A stretch of 64,000 nt of DNA from Mobula hypostoma (Eukaryota). Shown one piece after another: positions 1 to 13,569 of this stretch. The stretch is taken from the NCBI RefSeq assembly GCF_963921235.1, contig NC_086108.1:113462001-113526000 (forward strand), written 5' to 3'. A program made the translations under genes and the position numbers. The stretch's first letter is position 1, and the number at the start of each line of letters is the position of its first letter. Under the pieces are notes generated by a model, which saw only the letters and a list, made by a program, of their open reading frames with translations, was not told the origin of the DNA and searched no databases.

Positions 1-1548
1 GTTCTGAAGGAAGTAGCTGTGGAGATTGCGGAGGCATTAGCAATGATCTTTCAAAAGTCGATAGCTTCTGGCATGGTTCCAGAGGACTGTAAGATTGCAA
101 ATGTCACTTCACTATTTAAGGAGGAGGCAAGGAAGCAAAAAGGAAATTATAGACCTGTTAGCTTGACGTCGGTGGTTGGGAAGTTGTTGGAGTTGATTAT
201 CAAGGATGAGGTTACAGAGTACCTGGAGGCACATGACAAGATAGGCAGAATTCAGCATGCTTTCCTTAAAGGAAAATCCTGCCTGACAAACCTATTGCAA
301 TTTTTTGAGGAAATTACAAGTAGGATAGACAAGGGAGATGCAGTGGATGTTGTGTATTTAGATTTTCAAAAGGCCTTTGACAAGGTGCCATCATGAGGCT
401 GCTAAACAAGATAAGAGCCCATGGAATTACAGGGAAGTTACAAACGTGGATAGAGCATTGGCTGATTGGCAGGAAACAGAGAGTGGGAATAAAGGGATCC
501 CATTCTGGTTGGCTGCCAGTTACCAGTGGTATTCCACAGGGGTCCGTGTTGGGGCCGCTTCTTTTTATGTTGTACATCAACGATTTGGATTATGGAATAG
601 ATGGCTTTGTGGTTAAGTTTGCTGATGATACAAAGATAGATGGAGGGGCCGGTAGTGCTGAGGAAACAGAGAGTCTGCAGAGAGACTTGGATAGATTGGG
701 AGAATGGGTAAAGAACTGGCAAATGAAATACAGTGTTGGAAAGTGTATGGTTATACACTTTGGTAGAAGAAATAAACATGCAGACTATTATTTAAATGGG
801 GAGAGAATTCAAAGTTCTGAGATGCAATGGGACTTGGGAGTCCTCGTGCAGGATACCCTTATGGTTAACCTCCAGGTTGAGTCGGTTGTGAAGAAGGTGA
901 ACGAAATGTTGGCATTCAGTTCTAGAGGAATAGAGTATAGGAGCAGGGATGTGATGTTGAGGCTCTATAAGACGCTGGTAAGACCTCACTTGGAGTACTG
1001 TGGGCAGTTTTGGGCTCCTTATTTAAGAAAGGATTTGCTGATGTTGGAGAGGGTTCAGAGAAGATTCACTAGAATGATTCCAGGAATGAGAGGGTTAACA
1101 TATGAGGAACGTTTGTCTGCTGTTGGACTGTATTCCTTGGAGTTTAGAGGAATGAGGGGAGACCTCGTAGAAACATTTCGAATGTTGAAGGGCATGGACA
1201 GAGTGGATGTGGCCAAGTTGATTCCCATGATGGGGGAGCGTAGTACGAGAGGGCATGACTTAAGGATTGAAGGGCACCCATTCAGAACGAAGATGTGAAG
1301 AAATTTTTTTAACCAAAGGGTGGTGAATCTGTGGAATTTGTTGCCACGGGCGGCAGTGGAGGTCAAGTCATTGTGTGTATTTAAGGCAGAGATTGATAGG
1401 TATCTGAGTAGCCAGGACATGAAAGGTTATGGTGAGAAGGCGGGGGAGTGGGACTAAATGAGAGAATGGATCAGCTCATGATAAAATGGCGGAGCAGACT
1501 CGATGGGCCGAATGGCCGACTTCTGCTCCTTTGTTTTGTGGTCTTATG
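1..1548 (+). mobile_element. CR1 LINE, ORF2 RT region plus 3' UTR (cut by window start, frameshift at ~393)
   Basis: ORFs 19-396 and 393-1298 contain NYRPVSLTS, YLDFQKAFDKVP, GIPQGSVLGP, KFADDTK and RPHLEYC; ends in a GGTCTTATG tail. Confidence 0.95.
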
Positions 1549-1867
1549 ATAGTCAGAGGTTTTTTCCCAGGGTTGAAATGACTGCCACAAGAGGGCACAG
1601 GGTTAAGGTGCTTGGAAGAAGGTACAGAGGAGATGTCAGGGGTGTTTTTTTACGCTGAGAGTGGTGAGTGCGTGGAATGGGCTGTCGGCGATGGTGGAGG
1701 AGTCGGATACGATAGGGTCTTTTAAGAGTCTCCTGGGCAGGTATATGGAGCTCAGTAAAATAGAGGGCTATGGGTAACCCCAGGTAATTTCTAAGGTAAG
1801 GACATGTTCAGCACAGCTTTGTGGGCCGAAGGACCTGTATTGTGCTGTAGGTTTTCTATGTTCTATG
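1549..1867 (+). mobile_element. CR1 3'-end fragment (second subfamily)
   Basis: Homologous to the CR1 3' ends at 18137-18500 and 53245-53555; ends in TTCTATG repeats. Confidence 0.8.
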
Positions 1868-2185
1868 CACTCAAGGAAGTGACAGAAATATGGGCATGGT
1901 TTAGATCACACTTGCAAGGGGTTCTGGATTGTCCAATTGAGGCAGGGAGAGGATGGATGGGTAAAGAAACCATGGATAACAAGAGATGTGGCACATCTTG
2001 TCAAGAGGAAGAAGGAAACTTATTTAAGGTTTAGGAAGCAAGGATCAGACAGGGCTGCAGTGAGTTTCAAGGAAACTGGGAAGGGCATGAAGATTGATGG
2101 TGGTAGAGTCAGATACATTGTGGACATAGAAGTAAATCTTAGATAGGCACATGGATGATAGGAAAATGGACAGCAGAGCAGTTAT

Positions 2186-4225
2186 GGACTGAGTTTCTGG
2201 GAAAAATGAGGAAGGTGCAGGATAGATATATTCCAAAAACGAAGAAATACTCAAATCGCAAAATAGTACAACTGTGGCTGACAAGGGAAGTCGAGGCAAA
2301 TGTAAAAACATAAATGAGGGCATACAACAGTGCAAAAATTAGTGGGAAGATAGAGGATTGGGAAGCTTTTAAAAACCTACAGAGAGCAACTAAAATAGTT
2401 ATTAGCAGGGAAAAGATGAAATATGAAAGCAAACAAACAAACAATATCAAAGTGGATAGGAAAAGCTTTTTCAAGTATATAAAAAATAGAAGGGAGATGA
2501 GGGTGGATATAGGACTGCTAGAAAATGAGCCTGGAGAAACAATAATGTGGACAAGGAGATGGCAGATGAACGAAATGAGTATTTTGCGTCAGTCTTCACC
2601 ATGGAAGACTCTAGCAGTACGTCAGATGTTGAAGGGTGCGAGGGAAGAGAAGTGAGTGCAGTTACTATTACAAGGGAGAAGGTGTTCAAAAAGCTGAAAG
2701 AACTAAGGGTACATTAGTCACCCGGGCCAGATGAACTGCACCATAGGGTTCTGAAAGAGGTGGAGATTGTGGAGGCAATAGTAATGACCTTTCAAAAATC
2801 ATTGGACCATGGTGGAAATATGCAAATTTTACTACATTCTTTAAGAAAGGAGGAAAGCAGCAGAGAGGAAATTATAGACCAGTTAGCCTGATCTCAGTGG
2901 TTGGGAAGATGTTGGGGTCAATTGTTAAGGATGAGGTTATAGAGTACTTGGTGACACAGGGTAAGATAGGACAAAGTCAGCATGGTTTCTTTAAGGGAAA
3001 ATCTTGCCTGATAAATCTGTTGGAATTCTTTGAGGAGATGACAAATAGGATAAACAAAGGGGATTCAGTGGAAATTGTATGTTTGGATTTCAGAAGACCT
3101 TTGACAAGGTCCCACACATGAGGCTGCTTACCAAGTTAAGAACCAATGATATTACAGGAAAGTTACTGGTGTGGTTAGAGCATTGGCTGATTGGTAGGAG
3201 GCAGTGCAGTGTTGGGACCACTTCATTTTATGCTGTATATCAATGATTTAGATAATGGAAAAGATGGCTTTGCTGCCAAGTTTGCAGATGATACAAAGAT
3301 TGGTGGAGGGACATGTAGTGCTGAGGAAACAGGAAGGCTGCAGGACGACTTAGGCAGATTTGGAGAATGGGCAAGGAAGTGGCAAATGAAATACAATGTT
3401 GGAAAATGCATAGTCATGCATTTTGGTCGTAGTAATAAATGTGCAGACTATTTTCTAAACAGGCAGAAAATCCAAAAATCTGAGATGCAAAGGAACTTGG
3501 GAGTCTTTGTGCAGAACACCCTAAAAGGTGTTCAGGTTGCAGGTAGAGTCGGTGGTGAGGAAGGCAAATGCCATTTTAGCATTCATTTCAAGAGGTCTAG
3601 AATGCAAGAGCAGGGATGTGAAGCTGAGGCTTTATAAGGCACTGGTGAGGCCTCACCTTGAGTATTGTGAACAGTTTTGGGCTTCTCATCAAAGAAGAGA
3701 TGTTTTGGTACTGAAGAGGGTTCAGAAGAGATTCACAAAGATGATTCTGGGAATGAAAAGGTTATCATATGGGGAATGTTTGATGACTGTGGGCCTGTAC
3801 TCACAGGAATTTAGAAGGCTGAGGGGGATCGTATTGAAATCATTTCGAACGTTGAAAGGCCTCGACAGAATAGATGTGGAAAGGATGTTTCCCTTGGTGG
3901 AGGAGTCTAGGACAAGAGGGCACAGCCTCAGAATGGAGGGGTGCCCATTAAAAACAGAGATGCGAAGAAACTTCTTTAGCCAGAGGGTGGTGAATTTGTG
4001 GAATTTCTTTCGGCAGGCGGCTGTGGAGGCCAGGTCATTGGGTGTATTTAAGGGGGAACTTGATAGGTTCTTGATTGGACATGGCAGCAAAGGTTACGGG
4101 GAGAAGTCCGGGGAGTGGGGCTGAGGAGGGGAAAGAAGGATCAGCAATGATTGACTGGTGGAGCAGACTCGATGGACCAAATGGCCTAATTCTGCTCCTA
4201 AGTCTTATGGAATTATGGTCTTATG
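2186..4225 (+). mobile_element. Degraded CR1 LINE ORF2 and 3' UTR
   Basis: Frameshifted ORFs 2314-2655, 2897-3121, 3191-3637 and 3528-4124 with QHGF.KGKSC, KFADDTK and RPHLEYC; TCTTATGG-type tail. Confidence 0.92.
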
Positions 4226-4601
4226 ATAAAGGAACTCTTGGGAGGCAGTGATCATAATATGATAGACTACACTGCAGTTTGAGAGAGAGAGAGAAGTCAG
4301 ATGTATCAGTATTACAGTGGCGTAAAGGGAATTACAGAGGCTTGAGAGGGAGCTGGCCAAAGCTGATCGGAAGGGGACACTACCAGCAATGTCGGCAGAA
4401 CAGCAAATGGCTGGAGATTCTGGGAGCAATTCAGACGGCACAGGATAGATGCCTCTCAAAAAAAGAAATATTCTAAAGAAAGGGTGATGCAATTGTGGCT
4501 GAGAAGGGAAGTTAAAAACAATATAAAAGGAAAAGACAGTGCATGTAGTAGAGCAAAAAATTAGTGGAAGTAAGAGGATTGGGAAGCATTTAAATACCAA
4601 C

Positions 4602-5235
4602 AGACCATAAGACATCGGAGCAGAATTAGGCAATATGGCCCTGTGGCAAAGAATTCCTCAGATTCACCACCTTCCGGCTAAAGAAATCCCTCCTCATCTC
4701 CATTCTAAAAGGACAACCTTCTATTCTGTCCTCTGGTCTTGGACTTATCAGCATAGGAAACATCATCTCCACATCAACTCCATCAAGGCCATTCCCCATT
4801 TGATAGGTTTCAATCATGTCACCCCTCATTCTTCTGAATTCTAATGAATGAAGGCCCAGAGCCATCAGACAAGCCACCCAATCCTGGAATCATTTTCGTA
4901 AACCTCCTTTGAACCCTCTCCAGTTTCAGCACATCCTTTCTAAGATAAGGGGCCCAAAACTGTTTACAATACTCCAAATGAGGCCTCACCAGTGCTTTGT
5001 AAAGTTTCAACATTACATCCTTGCTTTTATATTCTAGTCCTCTTGAAATGAATGTTAACATCACATTTACCTTCCTCACCACAGACCCAACCTGCAAATT
5101 TAGAAAATAGTCAACCCTTTTATTTCTTCTTCCAAAGTGCATGGCCATATTCTTCTAAACACTGTATTCATCTGCCATTTCTTTGTCCATTACCCTAATC
5201 TGTCTCAGTCCTTCTGTAGCCTCTCTACTTCATCC
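4602..5235 (-). mobile_element. CR1 3' fragment
   Basis: ORFs 4819-5148 and 4626-4877 (LVRPHLEYC, ERVQRRFT, RRMRGD). Confidence 0.9.
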
Positions 5236-5252
5236 TTCCTATAACAATGTCA

Positions 5253-5714
5253 GGAGACCTGTGCAGGAGAGGTTTTTAACTGATGAAGCGGTTACACAGA
5301 GGCAGTTCCACTCTCTCGACCTGGAAGTCCGAGCCCAGTGGAATGAACAAGCATCACACCTGGGGGACTTCCTTCGTTGCAATGGATGACCTTGTCGTGC
5401 CCTTTCCTCTTTGCAGTTCCGCCTTCCCGGCTGTCAGATCCCACAGTAGATCTCCTCCACTCAGTCTGCCAGAGCTGACTTCACATGCAAAGGACTAACT
5501 CACTGGGGTAAGAAGCATGCCCTCACCTGACATAGCCTGCCTGTCGAAGTGGAGTACCGGGGCGTGGCCACTGTCACATGCCATCAGGTACCTGCAGCGA
5601 CAGGTGAGAGCTGAGTGTCCGGTGGGGACCGTAGGTGAATAAGCTGCCCCAGAATGGACACAAAAAGCCCCTTCGCCAGTGATACTACCCCTCCCCGGAC
5701 ACTCCATTCATCCC
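5253..5714 (-). mobile_element. Probable RTE-clade LINE 5' UTR fragment
   Basis: Minus strand carries a GGCGAAGGGGCTT motif like RTE/BovB-type leaders, inside a 10-bp stem (5613-5622/5695-5704); family assignment is from memory. Confidence 0.45.
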
Positions 5715-5721
5715 ACTCATC

Positions 5722-8349
5722 ATATAGGTGAAAAGTAAAAGTGGCAGGCAGGCAAATCCAGGGCAAAAATCAAAACGGGTCACTTTTCAACATAATTGTA
5801 TAAGGGCTAAGAGTGTTGTAAAAGCGAGCCTGAAGGCTTTGTGTGTCAATGCAAGGAGCATTCGTAACAAGGTGGATGAATTGAATGTGAAGGTAGTTAT
5901 TAATGAATATGATATAGTTGGGATCACAGAGACATGGCTCCAGGGTGACCAAGGATGGGAGCTCAACATTCAGGGATATTCAATATTCAGGAGGGATAGA
6001 CATGAAAGAAAAGGAGGTGGGGTAGCATTGCTGGTTAGAGAGGAGATTAACACAATAGAAAGGAAGGACATTAGGCTGGAGGATGTGGAATCGATATGGG
6101 TAGAGCTGCATAACACGAAGGGGCAGAAAACGCTGGTGGGAGTTGTGTACAGACCACCTAACAGTAGTAGCGAGGTTGGGGATGGCATTAAACAGGAAAT
6201 TAGAAATGCGTGCAATAAAGGAACAGCAGTTATAATGGGTGACTTCAATCTACATATAGATTGGGTCAACCAAATTGGTAAGGGTGCTGAGGGAGAGGAT
6301 TTCTTGGAATGTATGCGGGATGGTTTTCTGAACCAACATGTCGAGGGACCAACTAGAGAGCAGGCCATTCTAGACTGGGTATTGAGCAATGAGGAAGGGT
6401 TAATTAGCAATCTTGTCGTGAGAGGCCCCTTGGGTAAGAGTGACCATAATATGGTGGAATTCTTCATTAAGATGGAGAGTGATATAGTTGACTCAGAAAC
6501 AAAGGTTCTGAACTTAAAGAAGGGTAACTTTGAAGGTATGAGACGTGAATTAGCTAAGATAGTCTGGCAAATGACACTTAAAGTGCTGACGGTGGATATG
6601 CAATGGCAAGCATTTAAAGATCGCATGGATGAACTACAACAATTGTTCATCCCAGTTTGCCTAAGAGTAATCTTCCGGAAATAGTAGGGGACCGAGGGTC
6701 TAGTGAGATGGAGGAACTGAGGGAAATACATGTTAGTAGGGAAGTGGTGTTAGGTAAATTGAAGGGATTAAAGGCAGATAAATCCCCGGGGCCAGATGGT
6801 CTGCATCCCAGAGTGCTTAAGGAAGTAGCCCAAGAAATAGTGGATGCATTAGTGATAATTTTTCAAAACTCTTTAGATTCTGGACTAGTTCCTGAGGATT
6901 AGAGGGTGGCTAATGTAACCCCATTTTTTAAAAAAGGAGGGAGAGAGAAACCAGGGAATTATAGACCGGTTAGCCTAACGTCGGTGGTGGGGAAATGCTG
7001 GAGTCAGTTATCAAAGATGTGATAACAGCACATTTGGAAAGCGGTGAAAGCATCAGACAAAGTCAGCATGGATTTGTGAAAGGAAAATCATGTCTAACGA
7101 ATCTCATAGAATTTTTTGAGGATGTAACTAGTAGAGTGGATAGGGGAGAACCAGTGGATGTGGTACATTTGGATTTTCAAAAGGCTTTTGACAAGGTCCC
7201 ACACAGGAGATTAGTGTGCAAACTTAAAGCACACGGTATTGGGGGTAAGGTATTGATGTGGATAGAGAATTGGTTGGCAGACAGGAAGCAAAGAGTGGGA
7301 ATAAACGAGACCTTTTCAGAATGGCAGGCAGTGACTAGTGGGGTACCGCAAGGCTCAGTGCTGGGACCCCAGTTGTTTACCATATATATTAATGATTTAG
7401 ACGAGGAAATTAAATGCAGCATCTCCAAGTTTGCGGATGACACGAAGCTGGGCGGCAGTGTTAGCTGTGAGGAGGATGCTAAGAGGATGCAGGGTGACTT
7501 GAATAGGTTAGGTGAGTGGGAAAATTCATGGCAGATGCAATTTAATGTGGATAAATGTGAGGTTATCCACTTTGGTGGCAAAAACAGGAAAACAGATTAT
7601 TATCTGAATGGTGGCTGATTAGGAAAAGGGGAGGTGCAACGAGACCTGGGTGTCATTGTACACCAGTCATTGAAAGTGGGCATGCAGGTACAGCAGGCGG
7701 TGAAAAAGGCGAATGGTATGCTGGCATTCATAGTAAGAGGTTTCGAGTACAGGAGCAGGGAGGTACTACTGCAGTTGTACAAGGCCTTGGTGAGAACACA
7801 TCTGGAGTATTGTGTGCAGTTTGGGTCCCCTAATCTGAGGAAAGACATTCTTGCCATAGAGGGAGTACGAAGAAGGTTCACCAGATTGATTCCTGGGATG
7901 GCAGGACTTTCATATGATGAAAGACTGGATCGACTAGGCTTATACTCTCTGGAATTTAGAAGATTGAGGGGGGAAACGTATAAAATTCTAAAGGGATTGG
8001 ACAGGCTAGATGCAGGAAGATTGTTCCCGATGTTGGGGAAGTCCAGAATGAGGGGTCACAGTTGAAGGATAAAGGGGAAGCCTTTTAGGACCGAGATGAG
8101 GAAAAACTTCTTCACACAGAGAGTGGTGAATCTGTGGAATTCTCTGCCACAGAAAACAATTGAGGCCAGTTCATTGGCTATATTTAAGAGGGAGTTAGAT
8201 ATGCCCCTTGTGGCTAAAGGGATCGGGGGTATGGAGAGAAGGCTGGTACAGGGTTCTGAGATGGATGATCAGCCATGATCATACTGAATGGCGGTGCAGG
8301 CTCGAAGGGCCGAATGGCCTACTCCTGCACCTATTTTCTATGTTTCTAT
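5722..8349 (+). mobile_element. CR1 LINE ORF2 (APE endonuclease + RT) with internal deletion near 6660
   Basis: ORF 5728-6684: NARSIRNK, GITETW, YRPP, MGDFN, SDHN; ORF 6995-7618: PQGSVLGP, KFADDTK; TTTCTATG tail. Confidence 0.96.
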
Positions 8350-8454
8350 ACAGTATAACACATAGAACACTGCAACATAGTGCAGGCATTCAGCCCGTGA
8401 TTTTGAGCTGCCAGAGGAAGTGGATGGGGCAGGTACAATTACATGGACAAGATA

Positions 8455-8984
8455 TACACAAGCACAAAGAGGAAGAAGTATTCTAAAGGAAAGATGACAC
8501 AACCATGGCTAACAAGAGAAGCTAAACCAACATTAAGCCAAAGAGAGGGCATATAAAAGAGCAAAGATTAGTGGGATGTTAGAGGATTAGGAAGCTTTTA
8601 AAAACCAACCAACTAAAACTGTCATTAAGATGGTAAAGGTAGAATACGAAAGTAAGCTAGCCAATAATACTAAAGAGGATACCAAAAGTTTCTTCAGACA
8701 CAGAAGGTGTAAAAGAGAGGTGAGAGTGGCTATCAGACTGCTGGAAAACTATGCTGGACAGGTTGTAATGGGAGACAAGGAAATGGCAGACAAATTTAGT
8801 AAATAGTTTGCTTCTGTCTTCACAGTGGAAGACACTAACAATTGGTAGAAATTCCAGGTGTCAAGGGTCAGGAAGTATGTGAAGTTACCATTACTAGAGA
8901 GAAGGTTCTTGGGAAATTGAAGGTAAATAAGTCACCTGGACCAGATGGTGTACACCCCAGAATTCTGAAAGAGGTTGCTGAAGA
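8455..8984 (+). mobile_element. CR1 ORF2 linker fragment, truncated at the Gypsy LTR
   Basis: KSPGPDGVHPRILKEVAE stops exactly at the LTR-initial TGT. Confidence 0.85.
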
Positions 8985-9147
8985 TGTAATGTATGGATCT
9001 ATTTCTTTTAGAGCCATGATCAATTCTACGTATTGATCTGTTGTCTTGTCATGTACATTAATGTCTCTGTCACTGCAATGTGAATACACCAGTTAAAGCC
9101 ATCTCCCACGTTTGTCATTTTACTTAATCAATATGTCGTTGTGCACA
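8985..9147 (+). mobile_element. Gypsy 5' LTR (163 bp), followed by PBS-like TGGTGATGAG at 9151-9160
   Basis: TGT...ACA termini, TGG-initiated PBS 3 nt downstream, gag directly after. Confidence 0.7.
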
Positions 9148-9248
9148 GATTGGTGATGAGTGTGAGCATGAATGAAGGGACATGTGAGATACACTGTTTA
9201 ATACACAGTGAAAGATGTGCAGCTAACAAAGTTAAAGTGAAAATAGTG

Positions 9249-9500
9249 ATGACTTCAATCGGGAGAGTTCACAAATTTGATAGAGCTAATGAAGGCTGGG
9301 AGTCGTATATCGAGAGGGTGGACAACGTGGAGGAGCAAAAGAAAGCCCCAAGACTTCTTAGCTTAATGTGCCCCAGAATGTGCATTCTCTTACGCAACTT
9401 AGTAACCCCTGCAAAGCCAGCAAGCAAAACGTTTGATGAAATTGTCACAGTCTTACAAAATCACTTGAGCCCAAAACTGCTGGTGATAGCTGAAAGATTT
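9249..9500 (+). mobile_element. Gypsy gag N-terminal remnant
   Basis: WESYIERV...LRNLVTPAKPASKTFDEIVTVLQNHLSPKLLVIAERF, typical of vertebrate Gypsy gag. Confidence 0.85.
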
Positions 9501-12500
9501 ACATAGAGAACATAGAACATAGAATAGTACAGCACAGTACAGGCCCTGAGGCCCACAATGTTGTGCCGACCCTCAAACCCTGCCTCCCATATAAGCCCCC
9601 ACCTTAAATTCCTCCATATACCTGTCTAGTAGTCTCTTAAACTTCACTAGTGTATCTGCCTCCACCACTGACTCAGGCAGTGCATTCCACGCACCAACCA
9701 CTCTCTGAGTAAAAAACCTTCCTCTAATATCCTCCTTGAACTTCTCACCCCTTACCTTAAAGCCATGTCCTCTTGTATTGAGCAGTGGTACCCTGGGGAA
9801 GAGGCGCTGGCTATCCACTCTATCTATTCCTCTTATTATCTTGTACACCTCTATCAAGTCTCCTCTCATCCTCCTTCTCTCCAAAGAATAAAGCCCTAGC
9901 TCCCTTAATCTCTGATCATAATGCATACTCTCTAAACCAGGCAGCATCCTGGTAAATCTCCTCTGTACCCTTTCCAATGCTTCTACATCCTTCCTATAGT
10001 GAGGCGACCAGTACTGGACACAGTACTCCAAGTGTGGCCTAATCAGAGTTTTATAGAGCTGCATCATTACATCGCGACTCTTAAACTCTATCCCTCGATT
10101 TATGAAAGCTAACACCCCATAAGCTTTCTTAACTACCCTATCCACCTGTGAGGCAACTTTCAGGGATCTGTGGACATGTGCCCCCAGATCCTTCTGCTCC
10201 TCCACACTACCAAGTATCCTGCCATTTACTTTGTACTCTGCCTTGGAGTTTGTCCTTTCAAAGTGTACCACCTCACACTTCTCCGGGTTGAACTCCATCT
10301 GCCACTTCTCAGCCCACTTCTGCAACCTATCAATGTCTCTCTGCAATCTTTGACAATCCTCTGCACTATCTACAACACCACCAACCTTTGTGTCGTCTGC
10401 AAACTTGCCAACCCACCCTTCTACCCCCACATCCAGGTCGTTAATAAAAATCACGAAAAGTAGAGGTCCCAGAACTGATCCTTGTGGGACACCACTAGTC
10501 ACAACCCTCCAATCTGAATGTACTCCCTCCACCACCACCCTCTGTCTTCTGCAGGCAAGCCGATTCTGAATCCACCTGGCCAAACTTCCCTGGATCCCAC
10601 GCCTTCTGACTTTCTGAATAAGCCTACCTATGAAACTTTGTCAAATGCCTTGCTAAAATCCATATAGATCACATCACTACCCTCATCTATATGCCTGGTC
10701 ACCTCCTCAAAGAACTCTATCAGGCTTGTTAGACACGATCTGCCATTCACAAAGCCATGCTGACTGTCCCTGATCAGACCATGATTCTCTGAATGCCCAG
10801 AGATCGTATCTCTAAGAATCTTTTCCAACAGCTTTCCCACCATAGACATAAGGCTCACTGGTCTATAATTACCCAGACTATTCCTACTACCATTTTTGAA
10901 CAAGGGGACAACATTCGCCTCCCTCCAATCCTCCGGTACCATTCCCGTGAGCAACGAGGACATAAAGATCCTAGCCAGAGGCTCAGCAATCTCTTCCCTC
11001 GACTCGTGGAGCAGCCTGGGGGATATTCCGTCAGGCCCCGGGAACTTATCCGTCCTAATGTATTTTAACAACTCCAACACCTCCTCTCCCTTAATATCAA
11101 CATGCTCCAGAACATCAACCTCACTCATATTGTCCTCACCATCATCAAGTTCCCTCTCATTGGTGAATACTGAAGAGAAGTAGTCATCGAGGACCTCGCT
11201 CACTTCCACAGCCTCCAGGCACATCTTCCCACCTTTATCTCTAATCAGTCCTACCTTCACTCCTGTCGTCCTTTTTTTTTTCACATAATTGAAGAATGCC
11301 CTGGGGTTTTCCTTTATCCTACTCGCCAAGGCCTTCTCATGCCCCCTTCTTGCTCTTCTCAGCCCCTTCTTAAGCTCCTTTCTTGCTTCCCTATACTCCT
11401 CAATAGACCCATCTGATCCTTGCTTCCTAAACCTCATGTATGCTGCCTTCTTCCACCTGACTAGATTTTTCACCTCACTGGTCACCCATGATTCCTTCAC
11501 CCTACCATTCTTTATCTTCCTCACCGGGACAAACTTATCCCTAACATCCAGCAAGAGATTCCTAAACATTGACCACACGTCCATAGTACATTTCCCTGCG
11601 AAAACATCATCCCAATTCACACCTGCAAGTTCTAGCCTTATAGCCTCATAATTTGCCCTTCCCCAATTAAAAATTTTCCTGTCCTCTCTGATTCTATCCT
11701 TTTCCATGATAACGTTAAAGCCAGGGAGCGGTGGTCACCGTCCCCCAACTGCTCACCCACTGAGAGATCTATGACCTGACCCGGTTCATTACCTAGTACT
11801 AGATCTAGTATGGCATTCCCCCTAGTCGGCCTGTCCACATACTGTGACAGGAATCCGTCCTGGACACACTTAACAAACTCTGCCCCATCTAAACCCTTGG
11901 AACTAATCAGGAGCCAATCAATATTAGGGAAGTTAAAGTCACCCATGATAACAACCTTGTTATTTTTGCACCTTTTCAAAATCTGCCTCCCAATCTGATC
12001 CTCTGTATCTCTGCTGCTACCAGGGGGCCTATAGAATACCCCCAAGTAGAGTAACTGCTCCCTTCCTGTTCCTGACTTCACCCATACGGACTCAAAAGAG
12101 AATCCTGCTATATTACTCACCCTTTCTGTAGCTGTAATAGTATCCCTGACCAGTAATGTCACCCCTCCTCCCCTTTTTCCACCCTCTCTATCCCTGTTAG
12201 AGCACTGAAATCCAGGAATATTGAGAATCCATTCCTGCCCTGGTGCCAGCCAAGTCTCTGTAATGGCCACTACATCATAATTCCATGTATGTATCCAAGC
12301 TCTCAGTTCATCAGCTTTGTTCCTGATGCTTCTTGCATTGAGCTACACACATTTCAGCCCTTCTACCTTACTGTCTTTACACCGTTTATTCTGCTTCTCT
12401 TTCCTCAAAGCCCTCTGTATGTTCGATCTGGCTTTACTCCATGCACTTCTTTCACTGCTCTATCGCTCTGGGTCCCATCCCCCTCGCAAATTAGTTTAAA

Positions 12501-13495
12501 CCCTCCCGAACCATGCTAGCAAACCTACCTGCAAGGATATTGCTCCCCCTTGAGTTCAGGTGCAACCCATCCAATCTCTACAGGTCCCACCTTCCCCAGA
12601 AGAGATCCCAATGATCCAAAAATCTAAAACCCTGCTCCCTGCACCAACTCCTCAGCCACGCATTCAACTTCCATCTCCTCCAATTCTTACCATCACTGTC
12701 ACGTAGCACTGGCAGCAATCCTGAGAACGCCACCCTTGAGGTCCTGTTCTTCAGCCTTCTGCCTAATTCCCGAAACTCACTCTTCAGGACCTTATTCCTC
12801 TTCCTGCCTGTCATTGGTCCCTACATGTATCACGACTTCTGGTTGCTTTCCCTCTCGTACCAGGATGTCGTGCACCTGGTCAGAGACATCCTGGACCCTG
12901 GCACCCGGGAGGCAACAAACCATGTGGGTGTCCTTCTCACGTTCACAAAATCTCCTGTCTGCTCCCCTGACTATAGAGTCTCCAATGACGACAGATCTCC
13001 TCTTCTCCGTCCCACCCTTCTGCACCACTGGGTCAGAATCAGTGCCGGAGGCCCTGTCACCGTGGCTCACACCTGGTTGGTCATCCCCGCAAACAGTATC
13101 CAGGACCGTAAACTTATTATTCAGGGGAATGGCTACAGGGGTGCTCTGCACCATCTGTCTGCTCACCTTCGCTTTCCCCCCTCTGACTGTCACCTAACGA
13201 CCTGCTTCCGACAGCCTGGGTGTGACTACCTCCCTGTGGCTCTCATCTATGACTGCCTCATTCTCCCTTATGAGTTGAAGGTCGTCCAGCTCCTGCTCCA
13301 GATTCCTTACACGGTCTTCCAGATCGCCCAGCTGTATGCACTTCTGGCAGATGTGACTCTGTGGGAGAGGGGAGTTCCCCCAAGACTGCCACATCTCACA
13401 TGAGAGGCACAGCACTGTCTCAGGAGACATTGTAAAAACTAACTGCAAGCTAGCTTGTCCTCTGCTTCTTCTCGTCAAAGCCTCAAAGCTCCACT
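9501..13495 (-). mobile_element. Nearly full-length CR1 LINE (~4 kb): ORF1 zinc finger + SGNH esterase, ORF2 APE + RT
   Basis: ORF1: CLSCEMW..CQKC, VVIGDSIVR, CCLPGA, VIHVGTND; ORF2 in pieces 11638-12270, 10628-11707 and 9573-10583 (336 aa open); TTCTATG tail at 9501-9523. Confidence 0.97.
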
Positions 13496-13569
13496 TGTGG
13501 CATGCATAGTCAATACACTCAAAAGGGGTAAAAACTTGAGGGACATACTAGTCAGTTTTTACCCCTTTT

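Noticed and set aside
5970..6731. Long antisense ORFs (e.g. 5970-6731, 20649-21254, 1055-1420)
   Set aside because: They are shadows of LINE coding frames on the opposite strand.
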